Shown: positions 13,870 through 27,252 of the stretch, in pieces
Numbering within the stretch: the stretch's first letter is position 1
Layout: each line of letters begins with the position of its first letter
Assembly (NCBI RefSeq): GCF_018350175.1
Contig: NC_058368.1
Location: forward strand, 12,648,001-12,712,000
Reading direction: 5' to 3'
Length of the DNA stretch: 64,000 nt
DNA from: Felis catus
Taxonomy: Eukaryota
Notes under the pieces: model-generated
Told to the model about the DNA's origin: nothing
The model's input: only the letters and a program-made list of their open reading frames with translations
The model's database searches: none
Translations under genes and position numbers: made by a program

Positions 13870-14871
13870 ATTGCTCTTTTAGAAACTTAAGTAAACTGAA
13901 GATTATTTTTAAAAATTCAAACTTCACTGAGACGTTTTAATGGTTTGTGATTATTTCCAAGAAATGAACTTGCATATGGTATTCTACAAGAAAAAAAATT
14001 ATTTTGAGTCTTGTAGCCATTAGTTTTGCAGTGATCTTATTCAGGGAAATTCTTGCTTGCTTTTTTGAACCATATGAAGAATTCCAGTTCCTCATAAGCT
14101 TTAGTGTTGTATCATTTATTGTAGCTCCTTCAGCATGGTAATTGTGTGTCATTTATCTTCATGATCTCAGGACTAGCGTTGTGTCCAGTGCTACATAGTA
14201 GGTGCTGCAAAAGTGTTTTGGGAACTGCTATTTTTGGTTCTTTGCTGCAGATTCAAAACAAGAAGCTTTGGGAAGGTTATTAGTTTTGTAAAAATGATTT
14301 AACTCTTTCTCCTCTCAACCATTTTAGTTCTCTGGAGGCACTGAAGTAAGCCAGGGTACAAGCCCTGCTTCAGAGGAAAGTAGGTATACCTATGGAGGGT
14401 TTCTTCAGAGGCTATAAAGAGTTTGGGGAGAATGAGACAGTGACATGACCACGGGCTCTAAACTAAAGGAAACTGTACAGTCACAAGAGTCTTGTTGTCT
14501 TTGGGTCAGAGCATTCTCAAGTGTGGGTATCAGGGGAGCACAAGGGAGTGAGCCACTGTGTGATTTAAACTAATAAGCATTTTAAAAGAATAAAAAGGTC
14601 AAGATTTTAAAAGGCAACTACACTAAAAACTTTGCAGTAAAGATTAAAACACAATTTCATTTGTAGTACAGAAACAAAGTAGAACTTCAAGAGGAAAAAG
14701 GACACAGTTTCCAAATTCTAACACTTTTTCACTCATAATCTTTCTATACATCACTTGCCTGCTCTGTGACTTTGGGAAGGGTACTCCTCTATGCCTTAGG
14801 TTTTTTATTTGTAAATTGAGGATGACAGTTATGGTACCTGCCTCACAGGATTGTTAGGATTAAATCATTCA

Positions 14872-15078
14872 GGGGCACCTGGGTGGCTCAGTCAGTTAGT
14901 GTCTGTTGATTTCGGCTCAGGTCCTGATCTCACTGCTCATGAGGGTGAGCCCTGTGGCGGGATCTGTGCTGACAAGGCAGAACCTGTTTGGGATTCTCTC
15001 TCTTCCTGTGGGATTCCCTCTCTGCCCCTCTCCCACTCTCTCTCTCCTTCAAAAATAAATACACTCAAAAAAAGAAAA
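14872..15078 (+). mobile_element. CAN-SINE
   Basis: ggggcacctgggtggctcag head. Confidence 0.9.
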
Positions 15079-15472
15079 CTTGAATAAAAAAGTAATATCC
15101 CTACTAATCTATATTTATATATTTTCTTTGAAAATGTGGCATTGTTGCTAAGATACATATTTCTCAGCTTGTCTTTAACTATTTGTGTTTATTTCTTAAA
15201 ATTAAAAAAAAATACTAGCCTATCTTTATGGTAGAGAGAAAAAAGGGAGGGAGGAAGGATATAAAGAAGGAAAGGGAGGAAGAACATAAAAAGGAATACT
15301 AAGTCGTTTTGTTTTGTTTTGTTTTGTTTGGCAGAAAAAGATTAAAAATTTTGACTGTGCTCATAAGATCATAGTACAATCATTTTTCTCACTTTCTGAC
15401 TTCTGTTGGACTATATGATCTGTTAGGGTCTGAAAATGAAGGTAAGTGAAATAAAAAGTATCTCTCATGTAA

Positions 15473-15685
15473 TTTTTTTTAATGTTTATTTTTTGAGAGA
15501 GAGAGAGAGAGAGAGAGCACATGCAAGCAAGTGGGGGAGGGGCAGAGAGAGAGGGAGACAGAAGATCCGAAGTGGGCTCTGAGCTGTTAGCACAGAGCCT
15601 GATGTGGGGCTCGAACCCATGAACCCAGAGTTCATGACCTGAGCTGAAGTCGGACACCTAACTGACCAAGCAACCCAGGTACCCC
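15473..15685 (-). mobile_element. CAN-SINE
   Basis: Reverse element flanked by tctctcatgtaatt repeats. Confidence 0.9.
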
Positions 15686-15854
15686 TCTCTCATGTAATTC
15701 TTAATACTTAGTCTGTTGAATAATAAAAGGTGGTTGTTGTAATAGTCTGTACACTAATATAGACCCAGTGCTGATATCAACCAAAGAATTCACTCACCAA
15801 GTCATTTGTGTGGAAATTAGCACATATCCTAAGGATTAAAAACAATAAAATGTT

Positions 15855-16037
15855 GGGGCACCTGAGTGGCTCAGTTAGTTAAGCATCCAGCCATTGGTTT
15901 TGTGAGTTCAAGCCCACATTGGGCTCCATGCTGACAGGACAGAGCCTGCTTGGGATTCGCTCTCTCCCTCTCTCTCTCTCTGCCCCTTCACCACTCACGC
16001 TGTCTCTCTCTCTCTCAAAATAAATAAACTTAAAAAA
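15855..16037 (+). mobile_element. CAN-SINE
   Basis: Head, CT tract and tail; caataaaatgtt on both sides. Confidence 0.9.
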
Positions 16038-16496
16038 TATTTTTAAAAAGCCAATAAAATGTTAAATGTTATAATAGTTGGCTCTTTATGTTTCTAGGCA
16101 TCTGACAGGCATGACTATGTTACAAATTTAATAGATTGTCATTTAAATTTTTCTGTTTCCCAGAAAACAATTTTTGGGGGTGATTGCAAAGGCTACTGAG
16201 TTTCTTCATTTCCTCTATGTTCACAAATTACAGAAGAGGTCTGAAAATTATTTTGAAGTCTAATACTCTTAGATAATTACATTAACCTACTACATTTACT
16301 TATCTTTCCTTTATGATGTTGTTTTATTCCAAAAGCACCACATGTTTTTTTCTTTTTTTAACTAAAAGAAGTTCCATTTAAGCACAAAATGTGAAATTCA
16401 GATACACCGTAGCTTTGAAAGAATTTGAATACAATTGTAGTATAGTAAAGCTAGAGACCAGAGAAGCTAAGGTGCTTCAAAATATCGTACATTTGG

Positions 16497-16866
16497 TGTT
16501 AGGGACTGATATTTGCATCCTCCCAAAAAACCATATGTTGAAGCTCTACCCTCCAATGTGAGCATTCAGAGGTGATGCCTTTAGGAGGTAACTAAGTGTT
16601 AGATGAGATCATGAGAGTGGAGCCCCCATGATGGGATCAGTGCCCTCATTAGAACGTAAAGACACACCAGAACTTCTCTCTGTTCTATAAGAATCTAGGG
16701 AGAAGATGGCCATCTGTGAGCCAGGTAGAGAGCCCTCACCCAAAACTAAACCTGATGAAGCCTTGGTCTTAGGACTTTACAGCCTCTTGAGCTGTGAGAA
16801 ATTAATGACTGTTGTTAAACCACCCAGTCTATATAGTATTTTGTTATATCAGATTGAGCTAACACA
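16497..16866 (+). mobile_element. MaLR solo LTR (MLT1A-like)
   Basis: TG...CA ends; catatgttgaagctcta, atggccatctgtgagccagg, ccacccagtctatatagtattttgttat. Confidence 0.9.
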
Positions 16867-17442
16867 TGTAGATAATATTTTCAGGTCCTGGAAGCTCAAC
16901 ATAAAATAAGAAAGTTACTGGCGTTGTAGATAATATCTTAAGTGTATGTTTCTTTACCTATCTGTCCACACAGCTACACCATATAACTTTCAACAAGAAT
17001 TTTTTTTTCTCTAACAGAACTTTAACATAGTGTGGAAACCAATTCAAATTCATAAGTCTTAGTTTAGACTTTTTTTTTTAAATGGCCAAAACAGACCCTC
17101 TACAGGCTTTCAAAGTATAGTATCTTGAGGAAATTATTATAAAGGGAAAAAGATTAGCCTTCAGAAGAAGAAAGGCCTGGGTTTATTTGTTTCTTCTTCC
17201 CTTCCCACAAAATCTAGGTGGCAAAAAACATGGATGGAAAATGCCACCTCCAAACGTGCATGGACTGAGCATAACAGTCTTGCAATCCAGTGAAGGGGCC
17301 CTTCAGGCATCGCAAAAATTGTTGCCAAATGAAATTGGACAGGTCATGGCAGTAGCATCCCAGAGAGAACCAACCACCCTTGTGCATATGTAACTGAAGG
17401 ATCCATTTGTAAGCACACAAACTATCCACCGTTTAAAAATGC

Positions 17443-17664
17443 TTTTCTTTTTAATTTTTTAATGTTTATTTATTTTTGAGAGAGACAGAGAGAAACAGAG
17501 AGTGAGTGAGGGAGGGGCAAAGAGAGAGGAAGACACAGAATCTGAAGCAGGCTCCAGGCTCTGAGTTGTCAAGCACAGAGTCTGACCCTGGGCTTGAACC
17601 CAGGAGCCGCGAGATCATGACCTGAGCTGAAGTCGCTCAATCGACTGAGCCACCGAAGTGCCCC
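17443..17664 (-). mobile_element. CAN-SINE
   Basis: Reverse element. Confidence 0.9.
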
Positions 17665-19540
17665 AAACCACTTACAAATTCTTAAAACACCTTATTGCTC
17701 ATCTTTAGGTTAAATATATTCATGTTTCAGAATCAGCAACATTATCAGCTAAGTGTTAGCTTTTTACTGTTCTGTTTTGTTTAGACGAAAAGGATTTGGA
17801 GACACAAAATCAGGGCCCTTCAAATAAAGCCCCACACGATTAAATGCAATCTTGTGTTTGGGTTGAGTTCTTTCCATATCTTGTTCTCAAACTGTTGACA
17901 ACAGCTCAGAAGACTTACATCCTTTGTACCAATAGCATATTGTTCTTAATGCCTTGAGTATTAAGTATTAATAAGCTTTTAGAAAGTGTTACTCCCCTTG
18001 GAGACTCCTGGGGAGTCTTAAACATGTTTAAGAATCTTGTCTTTCCATGTTACCTCCTTAAACTTTTTCTTCTTCTTTTAGTTTGCTATGAAGTTCATAA
18101 GTTTGTAAGGTATTAATCCAATTAACTTAAAAAAGATTTTTCTTTTTTGGTCTATATTCCTAAAAGATAGGTGTGAGCTATGCATGAAGCTGAAATCCTC
18201 AGTGTTGTGAATTTAGTTCAAAAGTTGAAAAAAAAGAAAAAGAAAAAAATGGTCTGTACAACTTATTCTAGAGTTCAAAACCTTTGCAGAAAAACTGAAG
18301 ATGTTTTGTCACACTGATAAAAATTATTTACTTGAATTCTTTTATTCTGTTCATTTTACAAGTTCTGTTTACTTCCAAATTGCAGATATTTTCCCCCTGA
18401 TATGTGTAATCCCTGTGATTGTTAGAAATACTCTATCTTGTTATTTTTAAATTGCATTGCTTAGACATGTTTCTCTTCCTTCATTACATTTGTCTTTTTA
18501 AAATGTCTTTTTTGTAAGTGACATTAGATGGGTGTTACAAATTGGATTTCAGTGATCTGTGCCCCTGTACCTGACTGAAACACTGTCCTCTACCTTGATA
18601 CACTTCTGAAACAGTGTATCAAGTTTAATGTCATGAACAGCCACAAAACTTCAGACAGCTCTTTAGTTTAAATCTTCCTAAATTAGTTGCTTTTTGGAGC
18701 TACTTGCTTATCCCTGGCAATCCCAAAGCATCAAAATATCATACTGTAATGCTTTCTTGTACAGGACAGAGATGATTTATGGCATTAGTCTAACAATTCC
18801 AAAGGTGTCATCATTTAATAATTACCACACACTCAGGACATTATTGTACCACATGATGTGACTAATGCTCTGTCCTTTCTGTTTAGACCACAACCACAAA
18901 TCGAAAGGTAACACATTTGGCCTTCAGTTTTCTCAGTCCACTTCAAAGAAATGGTCATCCTTTTCAACTTTAGCAGCTTAATATCTCACTTGAAAGTTTT
19001 CAAAATATTCCAGAGCTGAGGTAACATTTCCATTGTTATCTGAGGATAATAGATTTATATTCTTGAATGTTATTTGCTTCTGGACTTAATTTCAATGTTT
19101 TCTTCTATGATACCAAGAGCCGGTGTAAATTTGGGACTTAATGCATACGAGTGGTAATTTTTGAAGATAAAATATTCAAATATTGAGACTCAAATCTTCA
19201 CATTAATTTTAGTTATTTCCCGACTGCTTTTTTTTTTAACTGAGAAAACTCTATCATCCATCTTTTTTTTTTATGACTATGCCCTCAAGTGACGCTGACT
19301 TCTATTTATCCTTCAATGTGAATGCTTATACCTCTTCATCCATTTTTCTCTTTGCCTAGAACAACCTTCTTCCATTCCCATGAGTCCATTGTCTAGCCAA
19401 CATTTAGGCCCAGATCAAATGGTACTGCCTCCATGAAGTCTTCCTGAATTTTCCACAAAAAATAATGGCTCTTTTTAGTCTGAAATTATAGTACTTTATA
19501 TAGACTTTTAATATCACATGCTTATTAATTAGCAACACTT

Positions 19541-19762
19541 TTTTTTTTAATTTTTTTTTTAACGTTTATTTAATTTTGGGACAGAGAGAGACAGAGCATG
19601 AACGGGGGAGGGGCAGAGAGAGGGGGAGACACAGAATCGGAAACAGGCTCCAGGCTCCGAGCCATCAGCCCAGAGCCTGACGCGGGGCTCAAACTCACGG
19701 ACCGCGAGATCGTGACCTGGCTGAAGTCGGACGCTTAACCGATTGCGCCACCCAGGCGCCCC
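19541..19762 (-). mobile_element. Young feline CAN-SINE (SINEC_Fc-type)
   Basis: CpG-intact. TSD tagcaacacttttt at 19530 and 19763. Confidence 0.95.
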
Positions 19763-20297
19763 TAGCAACACTTTTTAAATGCACACCATTTAATTCTCCA
19801 AGGCCCAAGGATCTCATCTAATCTATCCAGGAGAACCAAATTATCAGTCATTTGTTTGTTGAATAAATGAACTATGCAGATAGCAAAACAATGTGAATTT
19901 TGTAGGTAAAAGAAAAAATTTACCTGAATTTGTTATTTTAAAAAAAATGAAACCATGTTTTACAAATATGCTATGTAATATTATTAAAATACCAATTAAT
20001 AAGTCTAAGTAAAATTATATAAATTTTAGAGTATTTCCTAGAGTGAGAGCTGGGAGTTGAGAAGAAAAATAAAAGCAATGGAAACCCCTGTCATCAAGGC
20101 AAAATTATATTGAGCATCAGCTGTTGCAGGAGCTGTTAAGAATGTGGTAAGATACTACTAAGGGTTTTTCACTGTGGTTTACCAAAATAAAATAAAATAA
20201 AAATTTTAACTACCCTTGTTGCTTTTGGTCAAACATTTTAAAAATATTTTTTAAAGGTGCATTTTGAGAAAATATATAATCTACTTGGTGACTTAAA

Positions 20298-20463
20298 TTT
20301 TTTTTAACATTTTTATTTATCTTTGAGAGACAGAGACAGCACGAGCGAGGGGCAGAGAGAGAGGGAGACACAGAATCCAAAGCAGGATCCAGGCTCTGAG
20401 TTGTCAGCACAGGACCTGAGCTGAAGTCGGATGCTTAACCTACTGAGCCAACCAGGCACCCCT
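20298..20463 (-). mobile_element. CAN-SINE (internally deleted)
   Basis: Reverse element; ctacttggtgact on both sides. Confidence 0.9.
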
Positions 20464-20595
20464 CTACTTGGTGACTCTAAACAGAATGCTTGGGCCTCCT
20501 ACCCCAGGAATGGAGAGGGCATGAGCACATCAATTGCCCATAGGCTCAGGCAAATTTCTCTGCCTAGTACTCTGTCTTTAAAAGGGTCAAAAGAT

Positions 20596-20816
20596 GGGGC
20601 GCCTGGGTGGCTCAGTCGGTTGAGCGCCCGACTCTGGCTCAGGTCATGATCTCACAGTTTGCGAGTTCAAGCCCCGCATCAGGGTCTGTGCTGACCTCTT
20701 GCTCAAAGCCTGGAGCCTGCTTCAGATTCTGTGTCTCATTCTCTCTCTGCCCCTCCCCTGCTCACGCTTTGTCTCACTCTGTTTCTCAAAAATAAATCAA
20801 TGTAAAAAAAAAAAAA
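20596..20816 (+). mobile_element. CAN-SINE
   Basis: Full head, CT tract, poly(A). Confidence 0.92.
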
Positions 20817-22686
20817 GGAGCAAAAGAATATGTCATAAATATGTCATAGATGTGCATCATTATTGTCACTGACATCAGCCAACAGCTCTTCTCTTGTCTT
20901 TTCTTCTCCACCTAATAAACTCCTTCCTGTTTCTTCATCCTTCAAAGCCTAAACCAATGCCACCTGCTTTGGAATGCTTTCCCAAGCTAAATGAATTACT
21001 TTCTCCCTTTGTGATTTTAAAGCACTTGGACTTATATTTGTTATGGAATGTTCCACAATATTTATGCCTCCTCATCTTTTCTAACTGCCTGGACTCAAGA
21101 GACTATGTCTGATTTTCTGTGCAAGTCCAACCACGAGAAGTTTCTGGCACTTGTGAAGATACTGGACAAGCAAAGAAATTCCCCTTTCATTATGACCAGA
21201 GCACTTCGTCTTAGGATAGACATCGTGTTTTATCATTTTTAAAGTTGCTCTCACTTTCATTTCTACAGAACCTACAAATAAGAGGCACAAAAGATCACAC
21301 GATCAAGACATGGTGAATAAAGCCTTTTCCCCTTGCCTCCTGAAAATTATTAGCCCAAGTAACTTGGGAGAAGTGAGAAGTGAGTCAGACACACCCTGAT
21401 TCCCACTGGAGGTTTTTCATCGGATTAGGCAGTAAGAGCGGCCACTGTCCTCAGGTACCACCTATTACGAGGCAGTCCTTGCTGTGTCCGAATTCCATCC
21501 TTCCATGGTCTATTTCTTATTTTATCTAGCTTGCACCAGGCCCGTTATCACCTACCATATTGATAGGTCCTAGCATGTACACTAAATAATTTTGTTTTTT
21601 GGCCTTAGGTGTTTTCAGCTTCTCAACTGTCTACTCTAATGGATGACTAACTTCTTATTCCTCTACATCTTAAGCAAGCCACTGCATGCCCTTTCGGTAT
21701 TCGCACAGTGCAATTCTTACACTTACTGCACTCATTGGCTTTTCTTGCAAACTTTCTTTAAGCTTCGCTTGGTCACTTTATATTGCTGAAGCAGAATGTT
21801 TCCACCTTGCCTGGTATCTACAACCCACCACTATACCGTTTGCTTCAAGAGAAAATACTTTTTATAAAATTCTTAGCAAGTATTCTGATAAGAATAACAA
21901 ACACAAAATAAAACTGATGATGGCTGAATTTTAACTGGAGAGCACAGTTAAAGAATGATGGCATATCTGTGAAAACAGCTATTAGTGACCCAGGGAAAAT
22001 TGAATCTCAGTACAAATAATAAACAAAATATAACTGATGGCAGCTGAAACCGCACAAGGCAGAATCTGTTGCAGACTATACATCAACAGAAAAATCAAAG
22101 TTGGGTGATATTTAGTTCATAGAAAATGGAATTTCATAGAAATAGTGGCCGAAAGAGCAAATTTACAATGGTGAAGCTATAACTGAGAAAACTTAATATG
22201 GACCAAACTATTCTGGGAATCAAATCTTCATGTAATTTATATAGGAAAGTGATAGTAACAGACCACTTCAGAAAAATAAAAAGCAAAGTGACAAAAAATG
22301 AACATGCTTCAACCGCATTGTGTAGAGAATGGAGCTATTGGTTAAATTTAATTAAATTTGCTATGGAATATTGTTTTCCTTACTGTCAGCATACTTATAC
22401 TTTCTTGAAACACTTGTAATTATAAAAACGCAGGGTCAGAACATCCCCAGTGTCAAAGTGCCCCATGTGCATCTTGTGACTGATGCCCCCCCCCACCCCT
22501 TAAAATCACAGATGCTCCTCTTAGACCTCTGTATGTAAACAGGGCCAGACGTCACTATGTTAAAATGTCTTTATGGGTTTGCATTTCTTCTTTAGGAAAT
22601 GAAGAGAGGAGAGAGGTTTTTGTTTTGTTTACAGATACTGGCATTTAGGGATTTTGGGGGTAGCGCCATTTAAATGAATAGTTAAT

Positions 22687-22895
22687 TTTTTTTTTTCAAC
22701 GTTTATTTTTGGGACAGAGAGAGACAGAGCATGAACGGGGGAGGGGCAGAGAGAGAGGGAGACACAGAATCAGAAACAGGCTCCAGGCTCTGAGCCATCA
22801 GCCCAGAGCCCGACGCGGGGCTCGAACTCACGGACCGCAAGATCGTGACCTGGCTGAGGTCGGACGCTTAACCGACTGCGCCACCCAGGCGCCCC
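22687..22895 (-). mobile_element. Young feline CAN-SINE
   Basis: CpG-intact. TSD aatagttaat. Confidence 0.95.
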
Positions 22896-23040
22896 AAATA
22901 GTTAATATATTTTAAAGGATGAGGTGGCAAGGAGAAAACAACGGGGAACTCTAGATTTGCTTTGCTGAATGAGCATTATTAACTTCCAAGCATTAGTCCT
23001 GAGCAGTCACTCCTAATCATCTGTACTGTGAACGCTTAGC

Positions 23041-23270
23041 AGGGCGGGTATCTCCCTGGGGACTCCTGCTGTTTGCTTTGGTACTTCCGGTGACTGTAGA
23101 TAAAAACAAAGAGAGGGAAGTTCCGGCTTGTGGAGAGGGTAGCAAACAGGTACAGACTACCTGTGGTAGCAAGGCAGGTAAACCATTACCTAGCTCACCA
23201 GGGCCTAATGACTTCTGTAATGTTCTGTAAGGCGATTAGCACACCCCTATGGCAATTATTTGTTAATAAA
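23041..23270. promoter_or_regulatory. Candidate enhancer (GC-box, ETS, forkhead-like motifs)
   Basis: gggcggg, tgtttgct, acttccggt, aaacaaa, gttccgg and tatttgttaataaa within 230 bp of unique sequence. Motif match only. Confidence 0.3.
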
Positions 23271-23577
23271 ATGCTGGAAAGAAGAGCTCTGAAACTTTCC
23301 TTGAATATTTCTGTCATAGAGATATCAAACATTTAACAGATGTAGTATAGTCCCAGAGGCAAGTTATCAATTTAATTTCATTTGTAATCCAACCCAACTT
23401 TGGTATTGTGGTGTCCCCGGTCTGCACAGAGCTGCTCTCTGCCACCAGGCACTAAATAATTGAGTAAGAATTAGCTTCTTGGCTTGTGGGATTTATCAGA
23501 AAGTCCAGATATGAATGACTGGATTAAAGTGAATGCAATCAATGTGTAACGTTGTCTATTTACTGTATTTATAAGGC

Positions 23578-23636
23578 CTCAGCATAAATTACAGAATTTA
23601 CATGTTGCTCAGCATAAATTACAGAATTTACATGTT
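23578..23636. repeat. 30-bp tandem duplication
   Basis: ctcagcataaattacagaatttacatgtt(g) x2. Confidence 0.95.
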
Positions 23637-24754
23637 ATATTTATCCAAGGGAGATTTTTCAGCCCACATTTCAGAAAGACTTATTCGATTATAGATGTAT
23701 AGATATACACATACACAATCCATTTAATGATGAGTTGTTACCTAATTGCAGTAGGATTGCTTACACGCACAAAACTCAGAGTAAGAATAAGAAATACACT
23801 TGAGTTTTATTTTGGGGCAGAATTATTCTAGTGATTTATTAAGCTAAATAATTGAGTTTTCCTGTAGGTCTGCCTTATCATTTTTTTTAATGACCAATAA
23901 CCATTACTCTCCTAAAAGAAATAAAAAATATAATAGTGTAGGAGACAACAAATATGAGACTGTCCCTTTGGGAAGATTACTCATTCTGATTTAATTGACT
24001 GCAAATAGCACAAAGGCCAAGTTTATTTAGCATTTGGTCTAGAAAATGTAAACCTCAGTGCTACTTTCCATTTACATTCCTGTTAAAAGTGTAAAATGGT
24101 TGAATACTTTGAAGAGAAGTTTGGCAATATTAAATATGAGTTGTAAATATAGGTAAATGTCACGACATGAAGAGCTTATGCAAATTAATAAGAAAAAAAA
24201 GTCTCTGGAGAGCCTTCCCTAAGCCCCCTGCCTGGGCTAAATTTTCCAAATAGATAAATTATGTATAATTAAAGGACAGTCTGTGCTTAATTATGGGAAT
24301 GGTTTTAAAGAAATTTTAAGGATTTAATAATTTTATATAATAATTAGGCATGAAGTAAAGGTAAAAGGGCATTAAATGAGGAAAAAGTGAACAGAAAGCT
24401 TCAGCATGTAGAGGTGACATCTCAATTGGAAGAAAGGTTAAAAAAAAACCTGCACCAGTAAGGAAATGATAATTACACAAGTAATTCATTAGGAATTTAA
24501 ATTGTAGTTTATTTACATTATTTGACTTTCAAACTATAATATATAGTATAAATTATGCTGTACTGTATTTATTTGGGTTGTGATGAAATGGCAACAGAGT
24601 GAATCATTAACTAAACTTTCAGACAAATATTAACTTTCCTTTTAGTTAACAGGTTAAGACACAGATAAAACAAATAAAGAGATTGATGCTTGTTTGTGTA
24701 ATAAAATTGCTATTCACAAAGGGAAAAAAAGAGAGAGAGAGACAGAAAGAGAGA

Positions 24755-24985
24755 GAGACAGAAACCAAGAAACAGATTCTTGACTATAGAGAACAAAGTG
24801 ATGGTTACCAGAGGGAAAGGGGGTGGGGGGTGGGTGAAATAGGTGATGGGGATTAAAGAGTGCATTTGTGATGAGCACCAGGTGATGTATCAAAGTGTTG
24901 AATCACTATTTTGTACACCTGAAACTAATATAACACTATCTTTGAATTATACTGGAATTAAAAAAAAACTTAATAAAAAATGAAA
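24755..24985 (+). mobile_element. Short 3' end of a carnivore L1
   Basis: aaacagattcttgactatagagaacaaagtgatggttaccagaggg...gtacacctgaaactaatataacact followed by an A-rich tail. Confidence 0.9.
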
Positions 24986-25040
24986 ATTGAAGAAAAATTG
25001 CTGTCCAAAGAAGAAGTCAGCACGTGGCTACTTCTCTCTC

Positions 25041-25247
25041 TTTTTTTTTAAGTTTACTTATTTGTTTTTGAGAGAGAGAGAGAGCACAGGCAGGGGAGGG
25101 GCAGAGAGAGAGAGAGAGAGGAAGACAGAATCCAAAGCAGACTCCAGGCTCTGAGCTGTCAGCACAGAGCCCAACATGGGGCTTGAACTCACCAACCATG
25201 AGGTCACGACTGAGCTGAAGTCAGACACTGAGCCACCCAGGCGCCCC
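25041..25247 (-). mobile_element. CAN-SINE
   Basis: cagcacgtgg on both sides. Confidence 0.9.
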
Positions 25248-25709
25248 CAGCACGTGGTTCTTGCTAAGCACAAGTTTAGAGTAATGAATATTCTGTCTCG
25301 GGTGTCTCTTTTGAAGCTAGGCCCCCCGTTGGCTCTGTGCATCAGCAAAGGGATCTGTGAAAGAGCTGACACAGGAAGTCGCAGTCCCTAAAATCCCAGC
25401 TACTGGTTCTCAAGTGCATGCTGGATCATTTGGGGATTTGACTTTTCTGTCAGTTGGATGGTAATGCCATTGATGCTTGAAAAATGAACAGATAATTTAA
25501 ATTTTATAATTTGTTACCAATTTTACCCCCATATAAAGCCTTACTAGTGATCTTTTTGCTCTTCACTTTTCTTGATCAGAGTATTAAAACGTATTAAAAC
25601 TGAGAAGGTGGAGGGGCTATCCTTCAAACACTTGTAGGAATCAGTCCTCGCCATTAGGTAACAACTCATCACCAGATGGATTGCTCTTTTGTTCACTTTT
25701 GTCCTTACC

Positions 25710-26400
25710 TAGTTTGTTTCCAAAACTTGGGCTGAAACTCTCTTCACGATGCAAATCTTTTGTGCTTACTTTGGGGGAAAGCTCCTGACAGGGGTTCCTT
25801 TACAGGTGTTTCCCAGGGGGCAGTTGTGGGAAAATACCCCCTAGCCCCCTTCTTTTTTTCTGCCAACGCATCAATGAGGCAGCTGTCCCCTCACATATCC
25901 TGAGTTCTCTGTCAGCAGCAAGGGTTGTACGGTGATGGTTGGCAAAACACATTGTGCTGGGTTTTATTCAGGGTTTGTTTTGGATTTTTCTCTGAAGCTC
26001 TGACTGCTTGACGTGTAAAGAGACACGGCTCTCAAGGGAGGAAATAGGAATATTATCTTCGGCCCCTATGGCGGTAAAGGATGTGCTCCCATGACTCGCC
26101 TCTTTTACATCCCTCACGATGCTCAAGCTGCCAGACATCCTGAGAGTTGGGGCCATTGTGTGGCACCTGGCTGCAAGAGCTTCCCTCCCTGAGGAGGAAT
26201 GCTTTGGTGGAGATTCTGGCTCCCGTGGATTGGCAGGAATTCCCAGGGTGGAGTCTTGTAGCTCCATCTGGACACACTTGGAGGTTTTGGGCATTTAGCG
26301 GATACATCAGGAGAAGACATCTGCTTCTCTCTGAAGAGTTGAGATTCCATGCTGATGAATTTTACGCATTAGAGGAGGACAAGTAGAATTAGCTTCATTT
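25710..26400 (-). pseudogene. Possible large cytoplasmic-tail exon remnant
   Basis: One frame of about 220 codons with 4 stops (includes ORF 25968-26294), ending at donor ag|gtaagg. Non-repetitive and GC-richer than the flanks. No recognisable motif. Confidence 0.25.
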
Positions 26401-27204
26401 TTGGTTCGTTCGGCAATTATAATTCACGTGACATTCTGTCGCTAGCACCCATGTGAGCAACTCCTCACAAAACAAACCACAAACTCAACTTATTTTAAGG
26501 CTATTTTACTTTTGAGAATACGTGAGAAAGAGCTAATGTAGAGAGTTAAAAATTTAGTGTGACGGTTGTTTTACTGCTTGTATTTTTCTGCATACCTTAT
26601 CTTATGTATTAGTTACATGACTCAAATACCCAATGCTAGGACTCAGAGGGACTTGGATGGTGCTTCCTTCCCTGCTCTGCCACCAGGGCCACATTCTTGC
26701 CCCATTGTGGCCAGAAGTTATTCCACGTTCAAGTTCACCAGATCGCCAACAGAAACGAATGGGTTCTAACGTGGGCAGTGGGCCCTTCCACCTTTTTCCC
26801 TTCTTCCGCGGGATGAGGATGCCATGCAGGCGTTCTGAAAGGAGGTGTGGCCTGCCCTATAGCAGGTGCCTGCCAGACACAGAAACAGCACACTCCCCTT
26901 CTGCAATAGGACTGGATGCTGTGAGAAAAAGATTTGAGTGGACCCGGAAATATTCCTCTTCCGGGTATAAGACCACATGGGATTCTGAGAACCAGGGAAA
27001 TACTGAGAAAAACTTGGTGCCAGTGCAAGCATGGTTAAGAGAGAAAATAACAAGGGGGGATTTTAGACCAATGTTCTGAATGTTCTGAGCACCTGAAGTT
27101 ACAGCGTGCTGGGAAACATCAAAGCCTAGTAAATAATAATTGAATTGCACAGCAAAACAGATATTAGGAACTGTATACTTGCTCAAATAAGCAAGCAAGG
27201 TGCT

Positions 27205-27207
<3 letters not shown>

Positions 27208-27249
<42 letters not shown>
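27208..27249. repeat. (CT)n microsatellite
   Basis: Direct reading. Confidence 0.95.

Positions 27250-27252
<3 letters not shown>

Noticed and set aside
11328..13984. Small minus-strand exon-like pieces (FNVPSRIPNMKTF|gtaagt near 11328-11367; IPYASSFLGNNHKPLKRLSEV* starting near 13984)
   Set aside because: Isolated, unrecognised, and the stop-bearing piece lies upstream of the other, so they do not form a coherent model.
26633..27079. 148-aa plus-strand ORF
   Set aside because: No recognisable motif or splice context. Overlapping ORFs occur on both strands in this GC-richer island, so length alone is not evidence.
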